A DNA stretch of 64,000 nucleotides from Perna viridis (GCA_037379345.1 CM074519.1:14734742-14798741); one strand, 5' to 3'. Shown: positions 15,222-29,271, counted from the first letter of the stretch. The notes: generated by a model not told the origin, from the letters alone. Translations and numbers: made by a program.

Positions 15222-15625
15222 AACAACATAAAGCTGATAAGGCAGTTTTCTTTTATGTAACACTACCAAGAGACACAACGTACAATAAGAACTCTATCGT
15301 CCGTTTTGATACTGTTATTTACAACATGGGAAAACATTTCAATATCGGAGATAGCGTATTCGTGGCTCCTAAAACCGGTGTGTATCTGTTTTCGTGGACA
15401 ACACAGACATACAGTGGAAAACTGACTGAAACTGAACTACGAGTGGCAAATGTTGTAAAGGGAACTCTCCACATCCGTTTTGCTTCGACACGAGTTGTCG
15501 TCTGTAATGTGAATAAGAACGACCATGTGTGGATTCAGACAAGTCGATCATATTCAGAACATTTCTTAGATGACGCCAATGGCTCACCCAGTTCATTTAT
15601 GGGAGTACTGTTGTTCATAAGATGA
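15222..15625 (+). CDS. C1q-domain-containing protein, gC1q exon
   Basis: Acceptor ttttctctcag at 15220-15221, then an open frame reading VFFYVTL...IVRFDTVIYNMGKHFN...VFVAPKTGVYLFSW...NDHVWI...SSFMGVLL, typical gC1q motifs. Confidence 0.88.
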
Positions 15626-16051
15626 GTATTTTGTATAACAATATTAATCAGCATTGTTTATATATGTTAGAGTAAATGTGTAGAATTAGTTATATATAAT
15701 CAATGAAATTACAGTAAATATGTACAATTACTAAACCTCTTATGAAATACATAAAATTCCTAATTCTGACCAGAGATTATGCATAATTACTGATTTTTTC
15801 CAAGGTTTTTCTACAAATTTACTGTTTTAAATTTAGTAAATGTAGAAAGGTGCAAAAAGTTAAATTACTTGACCTAATATTATGAGTTATAATTTATTTC
15901 AGTTTTGAAAATTTAATTAACAGTAAACATTATTTAAATTGATTGTTAAAGATTCAAGTCAACAATAAATAAAATATGAATCATACATTGAATCAACTTT
16001 ACTATAATAAATGTACAGTTTTTTTTTTAAATGTAGCTGTCGAGAACTGCT

Positions 16052-16775
16052 GAAAGAGTAATCAAGGGAACCAAGATTTTAGCGGAAATCAAAAGAATGT
16101 AATCCGGGGACAAAGACCACACATGGAAAACAGACGAACACAACAAAGAACATTAAGTAAAATAATACATACAAAGTAACAAAAGTAAATGAGCAACTCG
16201 GACTCCACTAAAAACTGGGAGCATGGACCAGGTGCACCGGTAGGGTAAGCGTCCTCTGCTTTTTCTAGAAACACCCGCCGAGTTGTTCATAAAAAGTCAA
16301 GTCCTGGAGGAAAGAGGAAAGGAAAACTCTGATACGTTGAACAAATCAGTTTTCATGGTGCAGATAGATACACCGTAACGATCCACGAGTTCATGATGAC
16401 GACCATAAAACTTCTGTAGTGATGACTTCAATCTCGTAGCAACATAATCCTGTTCCAGAAGTCTTATTGTAAGAAATCTAGCGCGATACAAGAAGTCTGC
16501 GTAGTTACGGCATGCTCAGGCATAACGTATGGGTTGTGTTATGAAAACTCCATACGCAGGTGTTGAAGGGATGTTACCACAGATGAAAGGAACGTTAACA
16601 ATTTTGAATGAAAAGTCATCACGTTTGTCGTAAAGTTTGGTCAATACCATTGATCTCTAAATGTAGATCAAGATATGAGGCTGACCTCACAGCGTCTGTA
16701 GTATCCTTTATCTCAAGATCTTTGGGATAGATGCGATGTACCAAATCCCCGAATCTATGGACCAATATTTGTTGA
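16052..16775 (-). mobile_element. Truncated Penelope-like retroelement (RT C-terminus plus tail)
   Basis: Minus-strand translation gives IYPKDLEIKDTT..SASYLDL, KLYDKRDDFSF, NIPSTPAYGV and KSSLQKFYGRHHELVDRY, with disruptions. Confidence 0.8.
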
Positions 16776-17149
16776 AAGTCCGACTGAAGCAGATACTAGG
16801 AACTGCGTCGTTTCTGTTTAAAAGCCTTAAGGCTCTTCCCAGATTGCACACACATAAACAAAACTATAAAGATTTTTTTCGTGTAATTCTTGTTCGAGGG
16901 TCTGTTATCCCTGCACAAAAAACATTTAAAAATATACGTAGACGTATATATATATAATTGGTTTGGCTTAAGGGATTACGATGAGTCACAGATATTTGTA
17001 TGTTTTCGAATGTTTCCGTAAACTTTAAGTAGCATTTGCTACTTTGCTTATGTTACGATACCATAATATCATATGCATGATACTTTATATAAAGTAGGTT
17101 GTTGTACATTATGTGGTGTTGTTTTGTTTTTGGATACCTGTGTTCCAAC

Positions 17150-17682
17150 TTTTATTAGCCACGCAGATTGTTAAGGATATCCCAAAGAACATTCGTGTAA
17201 AGGTTGGTTACAACCCATTCAGTAGTTTCTGAGATTTGAAAATATAATTTTTTTTTTTTTTTTTTTTTTGGGGGGGGGGGGGGGTCGACATCCAGACCCA
17301 TAACGCAAACGTCCGTCAATGAATCTTTCTGAAAATTTCTTTAATGGTCCATCCTGTCATGCCGAACAATTTTACTTAACTGCCATATATTAACTAAATC
17401 CAACTGTTTTCGAGTTATTTGCATTTTTTCTGCAACTTGATCCCAATGGTCTATCTCAAGTAACGGCGGCCAAGTTTTTCACAAAATCAAAAATCCCCAC
17501 AGACAGATTGTTAAAAATACCTCAAGGAACATTCACATGAAGTTTGGTTACCTGTCCTTTTGCTTCAGAGGAGAAGATGTTTGAAAAAGTATATAATATG
17601 GAAGACAACAACGACGGACGACGATGGACACAAAGTGATGACAATAGCTAACATGGCCTTTCATATCAGGTGAGCTTAAAAA
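17150..17682 (+). mobile_element. 3' part of a Helentron/HINE-like non-autonomous element
   Basis: Shares the internal repeat unit (ggcggcca..tttt..atcaaaaatcccc), a GACG microsatellite and a terminal caggtgagc with the other copies. Confidence 0.65.
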
Positions 17683-19211
17683 AAGGACGTTACGCTACTG
17701 GACCACTGGATCCACCACTGGATAACACATAATGTATTTTGCCACTTCTTATTGCCTAAACAAAATATTTTGGGCACCTTACTTTTAGTGGGTTCATTTA
17801 TGTATAATATAAACAACTACAACGTTAAATTGACAAAAGCACAAAGGACGACATATTTTTTTCAATACGATCAATGAGGCCACAAAATACATCAGTTACC
17901 AATCTAAAAATTTATTATCAATAAAAAAATACTACAGTACTCTCATATTATAACAAACCATGCTAACATGACATTTCATTCAAATAGTATTTTCCCATCC
18001 ATAGACCAAAACTGTACTCTGTAACGGCTTTATGTCAGTCATATTTTTTAAAACACATTGAATTACTTTATGAAGATAAAACAAAATTTTGTGGCAACTG
18101 CAAAATTCAAATAGAAAATTAATGCAACTTTATAATTATAAGCTGTTAGAGAAAATATATAGAGATGTTGGTGAATCATGAATTGGTGTAAGAATCATTA
18201 ACTTTCATAAATTAATCACAGGTATAAGTATTATAACCGCCCAAGAATCCCTTATGTTCATTCAAATATCAAGAGGGCATTACCTGAACAGTTTTACCAA
18301 ATCCTGTACAAAAATAATGATTTTCCATAACATAACATTCAAAAAGATATACATTTGATCCCATGACTATACAATTTTATGCTTGGCAGGCATAATTTCT
18401 CAAATCAGGGAAATATCTAAAAGAACAATTTAATAAATGCTGTACCACACATTTAATGTAAACTTATTGATAAAAAAAAATCACTAAAATCTTGCATTTT
18501 ACAATTACACCATTCAAATTATTCCTGAGAACACTTGTTTAAATGTACAACACTTGAACAACAAAATGTCATGTAGAGTTCATAATTCTAGTTTTAAAAT
18601 CTTTGAACAGTTGCCACAAACGAAATCACTAACTGTTAATGCCATTGTTGATTAATTTGGAAGAGCACATACACAATTTTTTTTATAATAATATTTATTC
18701 TTAATTATTGGTTTAATGCTAATGGAGACAGGTTAATTTTTGTTTTTCTTGTATTTAATACTGAATAAGAATAAGAAAAATACAGGGTTATATTCTAGAT
18801 AAAATAAAACTAATGCATATTTGACAACAACTGAAGTTAATAATCATGCTCCTACAGTGTCTAAGATAATTTTAAACACTATAACTTTTTCCCATCAGAG
18901 GATTAAAAAATATTATCTTTCTTTGCAGCAGAAATACAAATATCATCTGCTTGCAAAGAAAGGAACTATAAATAAATAGGTATTTAGAAATCTGTAAACA
19001 CTGCTCTGTTAATATGATCTTAAAATGTGTATAAGAAAACTATTCAAAATATACCATAAATAAAAAAGCAAGAATTATATATATAAACTATACTGTTTAG
19101 AGTAAATACGGTTTCCTTTATTCAGTTTTTAGCTGAATATTTAACAAATACCAGAGAAATAAAATGCTTTACAGAAAACACTTTAAAATATAAAAATAAA
19201 AACAAACTAGT

Positions 19212-20380
19212 AACAAGAGGCTCCCAGGAGCCTGAATCGCTCACCTTGTTGAATTTTGCCTTTCAAGGGCAATAAATTAAACAAGAAGTTGTCCAACAAT
19301 TTTGACTCAAGAGAATTTTGATAGGATTTATCATAAGGATCATTTCAGTAAATGAAAGTCTAAATCTATCATAGTTTTCAAGACATTGGCTGAAAACTGT
19401 AAAAAAAAAAATTATGCCTGAAGACTTTTGTAGTCCTAAAAATAAGGATCATTTCAGCTTTTGAAAGAATTTGGCTAAACCTAACCGTTTTGGAGATATA
19501 TGCGAAAAACTACTGTCTGACACCTATGTTCTATTTTTAGTAACAGAGGCCATGTTTTTCGACAGATCAAAAATCCCCACTTCAATTCTATGCAGGATAC
19601 CCCAAGGAACACTTATACCGAGTTCTGTTTCAATTGGTAAAATAGTGTCACAGAAGATTTTTGAAAGAAATAACATTAAAAATAGCAAAAAACTTTGAAA
19701 AAGGGCAATAACTCCAACATAGCTTAATAAATTAAAAAGAAAATTTGACTGCTGATAAATCTCATCATGCTAAAGACTTTTACTCCTTTCAAAATGAGCT
19801 AAACCTAATGGTTTTGGAGATATATGCAAAAAACTATTGTCTGATACGTATGTTCTATTTTTAGTAATGGCGGCCATGTTTTTCAACGGATCAAAAATCC
19901 CCACGCCAGTTCTATGCATGATACCCCAAGAAACATTCATACCAAGTTTGGTTAGTTTGGTTCCAATTGGTCATGTAGTGTGAGAGGAGAAGATTTTTGA
20001 CAGACATAACATTAAAAATAGCAAAAAAACATCGAAAAAGAGCAATAACTCCAACATGACTGAACAGATTACAATGAAAATTTAACCGCAGATAGATCAC
20101 ATCATGCTAAACACTTTTACCCAGTCAGAAATGGGCTTAACCTAACCACTTTGGATATATAGGCAAAAAACTATTGTCCGACCCTTATGTTCTATTTTTA
20201 GTAATGGCGGCCATGTTTTTCAACGGATCAAAAATCCCCACATCAGTTCTATGCAGGATACCCGAAGGAACATTCATACCAAGTTTGGTTCCAATTGGTC
20301 AAGCACTTTCAGAGGAGAAGAGTTTTGAAAAATTGTTAACGACGATGACGGATGACCACGGATGCCAAGTGAGCTAAAAA
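19212..20380 (+). mobile_element. Helentron/HINE-like element with internal tandem repeats
   Basis: Starts aacaagaggc...tcgctcacct, carries repeated internal blocks and gacgatgacgga, and ends gtgagctaaaaa. Confidence 0.7.
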
Positions 20381-23300
20381 CTGCTTTAGTACATTAAAAC
20401 AAAAGTATTCCACTTCCCAAATGAAGTAGAAATGGTAAAATAATAAAAAATATATTTGAACTTGGTTTCACATGTTAATGTCTTTAATATGAAGATCATT
20501 ATACTTATAGTATATGACACATAGCCTAATACTGACAATTTCATACACCAACTTCTATGCCCTACTTTAAAACATAATAAAGTTATAACTGACCTTAGGG
20601 TTAAAAGCTGAGGTAAAATAAAAATCATGCAACCTAATGGTAATATATCAATAAGTCAAATATTTAAGGCCTAAATCAAAAGCCAAAATAGTTGGTCCAG
20701 ACAAACTTCCTTTAAAAAAATGATCTTAAGGTCAAGGTCAATATCATACAAGGTCATAATAAGTGACACACCACATATTGCTAACACATCCATCCACATG
20801 CCAAGTATGTAAGACCAAGATCAAAGACAAAAATGTACATTCCTGGACGATCTTTCCCATTAAAAAGAGAATATGATTGACCTTAAAGTCAAAGGCCAAG
20901 GTAACATGAAAGTCATTACGATTCTCAACACACTGCATATGTTACCTTATAGTGATTAATTTTCACAGAGTGCTTATTTTGGTGTATTTTATTGGTCTGT
21001 CTAAAAAGGCCAAAATAAATTGGGCAGAATATTTACTCTGGAATATATCCACAATCCAAATATCGAAGGCCTGAATAAATCATCAGATTAAAACATACTT
21101 TAAAAGTATGGACAAATAAAAAAAAACAAGCAAAACAAATCAACGTTTATTTATAAATGCCAGGTGTAAATAAATGCATGGTGCATCTTGATACAACCAC
21201 AAACGTTGAATAATGAATAGTTGGGGCAAATATGATCACCATATTCAAGCTTAAATCTTTGATATAGCATGGATTTCTGACACCAAATGAGTGTAATCAA
21301 TGAACAAAAAATCTTTGAAATTGGATATTAACCTAATCAGATTTGTTGAAATCAATTGGTTTAACCTTGGACACTGATTTGGACCAACATGAATTCAGGG
21401 CCAAAAATCAAAGGACCCTAAAATTTCTTCGTTTGTGTGAATAAAAAAAAATTATTTAGGACTTCTTGGACCGGTCTGAAAACAAGGTTCAAAATCAAAA
21501 AAATAATTGCACAGTCAGATTCTGCATATCAAAAAACCTTCATAATTCATTGTTTTAGTAAGAAATCAAACCAAGTTTAATTCTGGACCCTGATTAAGAC
21601 CAAAGTCCAATTGTCCTTTGTTCTTTTTTCTCTTCAATGTCGTTAACAGTTAAACCTATGAACCTAAAAAACCATACCTACCTTTTTGGTATGGAACCTT
21701 ATGTTAAAATTACCAGGTATACATTGAGTAATACAAATTAATTGGATGAAGACAAAGTGTTTTCAGACAATAACCACATAGACAAAAGCACCATACTTTA
21801 ACCATAAAAAGTATAGTTAATATGACAAATATAGTGACATCTGTCTAAACTAAACCCTGGATAAACAAAACAAAAAATGCTTAAACAGTGTTGTCCTTGG
21901 GCCTATACACCTAACCTTGATCCAATAAGACTGCCTCAAACCTTATACAAGCTTATATGAAATTGTCAATTAATAACGTTATATGTACAGGTTTCATCAT
22001 ATATTTGTCGGTAAAACCATTATACATTTGTCTGTAAAACCATCATATATTTGTTAGTACATACAGTTCTTCAATACATACTTCAACACCAAAAGGTTAA
22101 AAAAAAACAAAAATATAGGTTACTTACAAAATGTATTACATTAATTATGTGCTTTTGATAGCAAATTATTCTGAAAAAATAGCTAAGTACTTTAGGTAAA
22201 AATTCATATTAAATATCTGTGTATAGGAGGTATACATGCCTGATCTATTGTGTATTTAGGTTATACACTGGTGCATTTGTTATGTTTCACCATATCTTAT
22301 CAATATGTATAAAAAAATGTGCAAAGTTTGAATAATAATAATTCTACACTTTTGAGCAACTGACTACACAAAATGGTAACTGTTAAGTATGACTGACATG
22401 TGGACGGTCATGAGGCTACCACACATATGCTTTCACAATTGGTGACACAGATAAAAATGCCAATGTGAAACTTTTAACTAAAAGTATCAAGCTTTTATAC
22501 TAATATTTTACATTAGTTAATTAATAGAAATTTGATTGAATGTCATGTAGAGATTACAGAAGAACAATTAAACCATTCTATTTAAATACTAATGACTTTT
22601 ATGCTGTTTCTTTTTCCACAAAAATATAACATACAAAAAGATAGTTCTCATATTTGATGATTGACCACTAAACACCTTAACATTTCAGCACATTGCAATC
22701 ATCACATAAATGGCAGGTTCCAAATAACAACTATAGTATCTAATTTCAACTTTAACATGCCTGTCACAAGATGCTGAATTACAGTAGACACAACACAAAC
22801 AATATCTCAGACAGCTGCTCTGTACATAAAGACTAAAAATACTTTGATGTGAAAAAATTGAAAAGTCCCACATTATTCAAGGTTCAGATCAGACAGATTT
22901 TCAATTTATTCAGGGTTCATTTTAGACAGGATCCATGTATTTCATGAAAACCATAAACACAATGCTAGCCTGACAAAAATTGATACATCTTTTGAGGATC
23001 AATTTGATAGGCTTTTACATTATACTTTGAAACTGTTTGATTTTGTTTTATCAATTTAAGGTAAAACTCCAAGCTGCACAACAATATAATACCTAAGATA
23101 TCTATCACCAAAATAACTCATTAATCCATAATCACTGAACATGTACACAAATCTTTACACATGTGAAATCTAAACATAATTATTCCAAACAATGTCAACA
23201 AAAACTGTAGCACCATGGGAACTATTGTTCTATAACTAATTATTGCATCAAGTCAAAATATAGCTAGCATTAATCCTTAAAAATTCAACAATCATAGCAA

Positions 23301-23612
23301 AATTTAACTACCCAATCAAATTAATCTGACTCTAGCACCCTATAAAAATAAATGTTGTGGAAGGAACTATAGTTCATGGGAACCAAATTTTTTGGTTTGT
23401 TTAATCAAAATTCAAACTCATGACATATGTTAAATTTCCTATAAAAACTTCCATTTCCCAACAGTAATGTAATCCATGCATTTGAAAATCCACCAGCAAA
23501 AGTATGAAAAACCATGTAAAATGTTACCCATGAAAAAACAGTACCTTCAAAGAAATTCCATCTGTAGTAGTTAACCTTCTATAATAAGTTATCTCTATTA
23601 GTTTAACTGTTT

Positions 23613-23790
23613 TTATAACATAGTTAAACTTCCATCCAGGGAATTTCGAGGTGTGTTTCTTCCTGGAGATCCACGACTGTCACTCTGTAGGGAACTTTGA
23701 GAAGGAACTTTATCCATGTGGGGCATCTTCTCCCCACGAAGGAACTTCTCTACCTTGTCTACACAAGCATCCTGATAATCATGCACCCAT
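23613..23790 (-). CDS. SARM1: SARM1 alternative last exon B (WVHDYQDACVDKVEKFLRGE...DGSLTML*), 930-aa isoform
   Basis: Translated by hand. Acceptor attttcag|A, phase 2; 59 codons to TAA at 23613-23615; paralogous to exon A. Confidence 0.88.
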
Positions 23791-23879
23791 CTGAAAATAG
23801 ATTGAATACCAGTACATGTAATATCTCATTGTAACATTTTTTAATCTATCCTTATCCTCCTAAAAATGTAAACCACATG

Positions 23880-24062
23880 TGCAAAGACCATTAAAAAACT
23901 TTTTGTTTATTTGTACCCATGAAGATAGATGAATACAAAAGAAAAATACAAAATGTTTAAGTAGCACTCCACAAAAGAATGATGCAAAGACCATTAAAAA
24001 ACTTTTTGTTTGTTTGTACCCATGAAGATAGATGAATAAAAAAGAAAAAAACAAAATGTTTA
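23880..24062. repeat. Local direct duplication, ~100-bp period, 2 copies
   Basis: tgcaaagaccattaaaaaactttttgttt...caaaatgttta occurs at ~23880 and ~23983. Confidence 0.85.
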
Positions 24063-24697
24063 CAATACCATAGTAAACAGAAAGTAACATGTGGTTTTTC
24101 AAATAAAACTTGTTCATAGGAGATAAAAATAAAAGAATGTACTGTAGAATTCAAAATTAAGGGAGAAAATTCTGTAAATGTCACTATAACACAATAGAAA
24201 CTATTGGATTTTTCATGTTGATCATCTTCTAAGAGCAGACAGCTTGGAATGAATAATTATACATTTCATCATATAGACCTATAAAGCAATTTAATAACAA
24301 AACTAAAAATGTGTAGCCTTTTTTTTAAGTGTATCACATTTTACAGAATTTGCATGATTCTTAAAAAGACTGCAACTTAAATTCCTAATTAACACATATT
24401 TCAAGCAGTATTTTAAGGGTGGCTGTATTTGATTTGCAGTATACTTTGTAACTATTTCTGTCAAGACCTTTTTTTTTTATCTTTACTGACTTTCTGAAAT
24501 TGGAAACATTTGTCTGTCCTTAAGTTTTCAAAACAGAGATTATTTCCCATCCTTTTATTTCTAATATTGTATCCTATGCAGTCAATCGAATGATTGCTCC
24601 CTTACTCTGAACTATTACCAACATTATGTTTTATTACAGTACAATGGATCAAATAGTAAATATATATCTATATAAGGATAGATGTTCAGATAAAGTT

Positions 24698-24781
24698 GGT
24701 ATATGTTTACATGTATGTTCATGCAGGTATATGTTTACATGTATGTTCATGCAGGTATATGTTTGCATGTATCTTCATGCA
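24698..24781. repeat. 28-bp tandem repeat, 3 copies
   Basis: Unit ggtatatgtttacatgtatgttcatgca. Confidence 0.85.
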
Positions 24782-25301
24782 AAGTTGGTGTATAACAAAT
24801 TATTGTTTAAGTTTGTGTCAAGTGTATATGTGTCAGTTGTAAAGTTCGTAATACGTGTTGTATATGCTTTCTTATTTATAAAGTTGGTGCATTTAAAGGT
24901 GTAAAGTGTATTATATAAGTCCATATGCAATTTACTTATTTCATCCAAAACAATTTCACATATATGTAGGTATTGGATTTAAAGTAGAGCTAATTAAGAA
25001 AACTTTATTATCATAAACGACTAATGATAAAATGTATACAAAACAATAATATAATAACAAATATCAACCACACTAAACAACTGTTTGATTGTAAACACAA
25101 CTGCCAGAACTATCAAAATTATTTATCAGATCAATGTGCCTTAAAAGACAAGGTAATCTTATACAGTTACAATAAAGAAAAGTAGAACAAATTCAATCAG
25201 CAGAATAGCTAACTTAAAATACAAATAAAATTTCTAAACAAAAACGAATAAAAGTGGAATATCTAAACAAGTTATCTTTCTAGAAATCATCCAAAACAAA
25301 A

Positions 25302-26465
25302 ACTGTAAATGACCATAAATCTGTGTAAACCAGACATCTATTATGTGTTAACTCAACAATCTCCTACATCAGTCCAGTTTACACAAATTTTACTATAAAT
25401 AACCATAAACCTGTGTAAACCAGACATCTAACATGTGTTAACCAAACAATCTCCTACATCAGTCCACCAAACACAGATTTTACTGTAAATAACCTTAAAC
25501 CTGTGTAAACCAGGCATCTAACATGTTAACTCAACAATCTCCTACATCAGTCCAGTTTACACAAATTTTACTATAAATAACCATAAACCTGTGTAAACCA
25601 GACATCTAACATGTGTTAACCAAACAATCTCCTACATCAGTCCACCAAACACAGATTTTACTGTAAATAACCTTAAACCTGTGTAAACCAGGCATCTAAC
25701 ATGTTAACCCAACAATCTCCTACATCAGTCCACCTTACACAGATTTTACTGTAATAACTATACACCTGTGTAAACTAGACATCTAACTTGTGTTTATCCA
25801 ACAATCTCCTACATCAGTCCACCTAACACAGCTTTTACTGTAAATAACCATAAACCTGTGTAAACCAGACATCTAACATGTTAACCCAACAATCTCCTAC
25901 ATCAGTCCACCTTACACAGATGTTACTGTTAATAACCTTAAATCTGTGTAAACTAGACAACTAACATGTGTTAACCCAACAATCTCCAACATCAGTCCAC
26001 CTTACACAGATTTTACTGTAAATGACTATAAATCTGTGTAAACCAGACATCGAACGTGTTAACCAAACAATTTTCTACATCAGTCCAGTTTACACAAATT
26101 TTACTATAAATAACCATAAACCTGTGTAAACCAGACATCTAACATGTGTTAACCAAACAATCTTCTACATCAGTCCAGTTTACACAAATTTTACTGGAAA
26201 AGCTATACACCTGTGTAAACTAGACATCTAACTTGTGTTTAACCAACAATCTCCTACATCAGTCCACCTTACACAGATTATACTGTAAATAACCTTAAAC
26301 CTGTGTAAACCAGACATCTAACGTGTTAATCCAACAATCTCCTACATCAGTCCACCTTACACAGATTTTACTGTAAATAACCTTAAGCCTGTGTAAACTA
26401 GACATCTAACGTGTAAATCCAACAATCTCCTACATCAGTCCAGTTTACACAGATTTTACTGTAAT
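25302..26465. repeat. Satellite-like tandem array, 88-90 bp unit, about 13 copies
   Basis: Unit tactgtaaataaccataaacctgtgtaaaccagacatctaac...aatctcctacatcagtccaccttacacagattt. Confidence 0.95.
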
Positions 26466-27045
26466 ATCCTTATTCCTCTGATTTAAAACTTAATGTATCC
26501 AAAAATAAGTAAATAATTGTATGAAGTTTCACTCGTTGTGCTCGGTGCACCCTCACTCATACAGGAAGTTGATCCAAAATTGCTTACTACAACATAAGCC
26601 ACATACCACATTTGAAATCTATCTGTCCAATGACAGTTGAGATTTTTGTGATGAAAATTCTCTCTCTCATTCAATATTGTAAAAAGTAGGGCATTAATGG
26701 AAAATTAATAAAGTGATACCCCGCAACGCAATAATTAAAAAAAAGGTAATGGCCAGATTTGAACATTGGCCCATCTGGAAAACTGCATTTTGGATTTTGC
26801 CAAAAATTGAACTCAATCTGTATTTTAGAGTACTAAATAATTCTGCAAAGTTTCAAAAGTTGGAAACAAACAGACAGAGGGTGGACATAATAGAAAGTTG
26901 ATATTGGACAGCTACTAAAATCAAATACAATTATATGGTTAAATTATATGTTTGAATTTGTCAGACAGACAAATAAAAAGAAAAAAAATACTTCTTACCC
27001 AAACCAGTTAGTTGCTGGAAAATCGTTTTACTTAAAGGGATAAAA

Positions 27046-27187
27046 CACAGAAACTCCATTTTATCATTGTTTTACCAATAGCTGGCCATTTATGTCGCAT
27101 TGTTTTACCCCAAGCGATAGCGAGAGCTTAAATAACGACACAAATGGCCAGCCCGTGGTAAAACAAGGATAAAATGGAGTTTCTGTG
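27046..27187. mobile_element. 142-bp hairpin MITE
   Basis: cacagaaactccattttatc...gataaaatggagtttctgtg; a degenerate relative lies at ~3162-3290. Confidence 0.8.
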
Positions 27188-27838
27188 ATTAATTTCGATT
27201 CTAATATGACTAGTTTCTTCATATTTTTTAATATACAAATTTTTAATAAACCATTGCACAAACTGTTGGTCATGTGTCAATAACTTTTTTTACAATGGTT
27301 GATATGAAAAATGTCATGTTAGAATGCATTAGTACCCATAGATGAAATCCAAGAACAATGAACCATGGTTTAATGTGTCAGACAAACAGACACACATACA
27401 GATAGAACAAATAATCCCTGGGTAGGTACTGTCAAAGTCATAAAGCAGTGTGTGATACTTCTACTCATCAGTCAAAGGCAAGGTAAAAATTGCATTAGGC
27501 TGGTGCTTAATTTACTGAGCACTTACTAAGTTAGTGAGTACTAATTTCGTAAGTAGTATTGTAATGATCCTGTTCATAAAAAAGTCCAAGGGCCATAACT
27601 CTGCAAATTAAAAGCTTCACTGAGCACAGCATGATACAACTGCAGCCACTTAACTTTGCTAATCTGAGGTAAGTGTGGACACATTATTAGTTTTTGACAC
27701 ACTAAACATAGGAATTAACAGTTCATAATGGATGCAATAAATAGTTTAGACACAATATTACAGTATTTTGAAATTCAATTAAAGTATAAAGGTCTGCTTC
27801 AGGGTGCATTTATGGATCACCTTGTACATCATTATCTC

Positions 27839-29015
27839 AACTAGAGGCTCTAGAGAGCCTGAATTGCTCACCTGGTCAAAAATAATCTTTTTAGGTTTCT
27901 AAGGCCAGACTCTTGACCTTATTGCACTACTGTCACAAGAATCATTTAATCAAAAGAGAGCATCTTAGTTATCTACCCAGTTTTCATATTATAAAACAAA
28001 TCTTTTTTAATCATATTTTTACTCTTAAAAAGCAATGACTATGAAAATTTCAGCATAGGTCTGTCTCACTATTCTGGTCAATTTTACCCATGAAAATTTG
28101 GCTAAACCCATTGTTTTTCAAGTTAATTAAAAAAATATCCTCAATTTTCAGTAATGGTGGCCATGCTTCAACAGATCAAAATCTCAACACACAGATTGTT
28201 ATGGATATCCCAACAAACATCCATACCATATTTGGTTACAGTCCATCCTATTAGTAGTCTCAAAAGAAATGATTTTAAAAGTTGGTTATGTAAAATTCCA
28301 GAAAAAATAATCCATTTCAGGACCCATAACTCATTCATCTGTCCATAGATCTTTCTGAAAATTTCAGCTTAAGTCCAACTCATCATGCTGCAAAAATTTA
28401 CTCCTGCCAGATTTTACCTAAACCCATCTGTTCTTGAGTTGTGTGCAAAATTCTGCAATTTGACCCCTATGGTCTATTTTTAATATCGGCTGCCAAGTTT
28501 TTGGCAAGATCAAAAATCTACACACACAGATTGTTAAAGATATTCTACAGAACATTCAAGCTGAGTTTTGTTTCAATCCATTAAGTTGTTTCAGAGGAAA
28601 AGATTTTCAAAGTTGGAAATGTAAAATTTTGGGAAAAATCCATTTCAGGACCCATAACTCATTCATTTGTCAACAGATCTTTCTGAAAATTTCAGCATAG
28701 GTCCATCCCATCATGCTGAACAATTTGACTACAGTAAGATTTTAGCTAAACCCAACTGTTTTTGAGATATTTACAAAATTCTGCAATTTGACCCCTTATG
28801 GTCTATTTTTAGTAACGGTGGCCATGTTTTTTTGCAAGATGAAAATCCCCCACACAAGGATTGTTAAAAGTTCCCTAAGGAACATTCATTGTTTTGTTAC
28901 AATCTGTCGAGTAGTTTCAGAGAAGAAAATGTTTGAAAAAAGTAAAGGACGACGACAGGCACATAGTGATGGCAATAAGTAAACACAGTAAAAGCTAGGG
29001 TTTATTTGGTGAGCT
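27839..29015 (+). mobile_element. Helentron/HINE-like element
   Basis: Same 5' box (gagcctgaattgctcacctgg), duplicated internal blocks, ggacgacgac and a ggtgagct end. Confidence 0.65.
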
Positions 29016-29271
29016 CATACTCTGAGGCCAGAATTTCCATATGGATTCCAAAAAAAAAAATAGTTACAAATTTTTTGCAGTCGTATAAAAATCAACAGAC
29101 CAGAACAAAATTTGAACCTGATTTGTAACTTTCCATAGTAATATAATGTACCAAATATGAAATGAATATCTGCAAGCATGACATAAAAAAAGTGTGGAAA
29201 ACTGAGTTATTGTATGAATTTCCTAAGTCCAAGGGCCATAACTCAGCAAAAAAACAAGGGACTGGAACAAA

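Noticed and set aside
23613-23790. A second SARM1 paralogue ending at exon B
   Set aside because: I found no duplicated upstream TIR, SAM or ARM exons between 23790 and 33031, so an alternative last exon is the simpler reading.
25302-26465. CRISPR-like periodic array
   Set aside because: Whole units repeat with no unique spacers, there are no cas genes, and the context is a eukaryotic intron.
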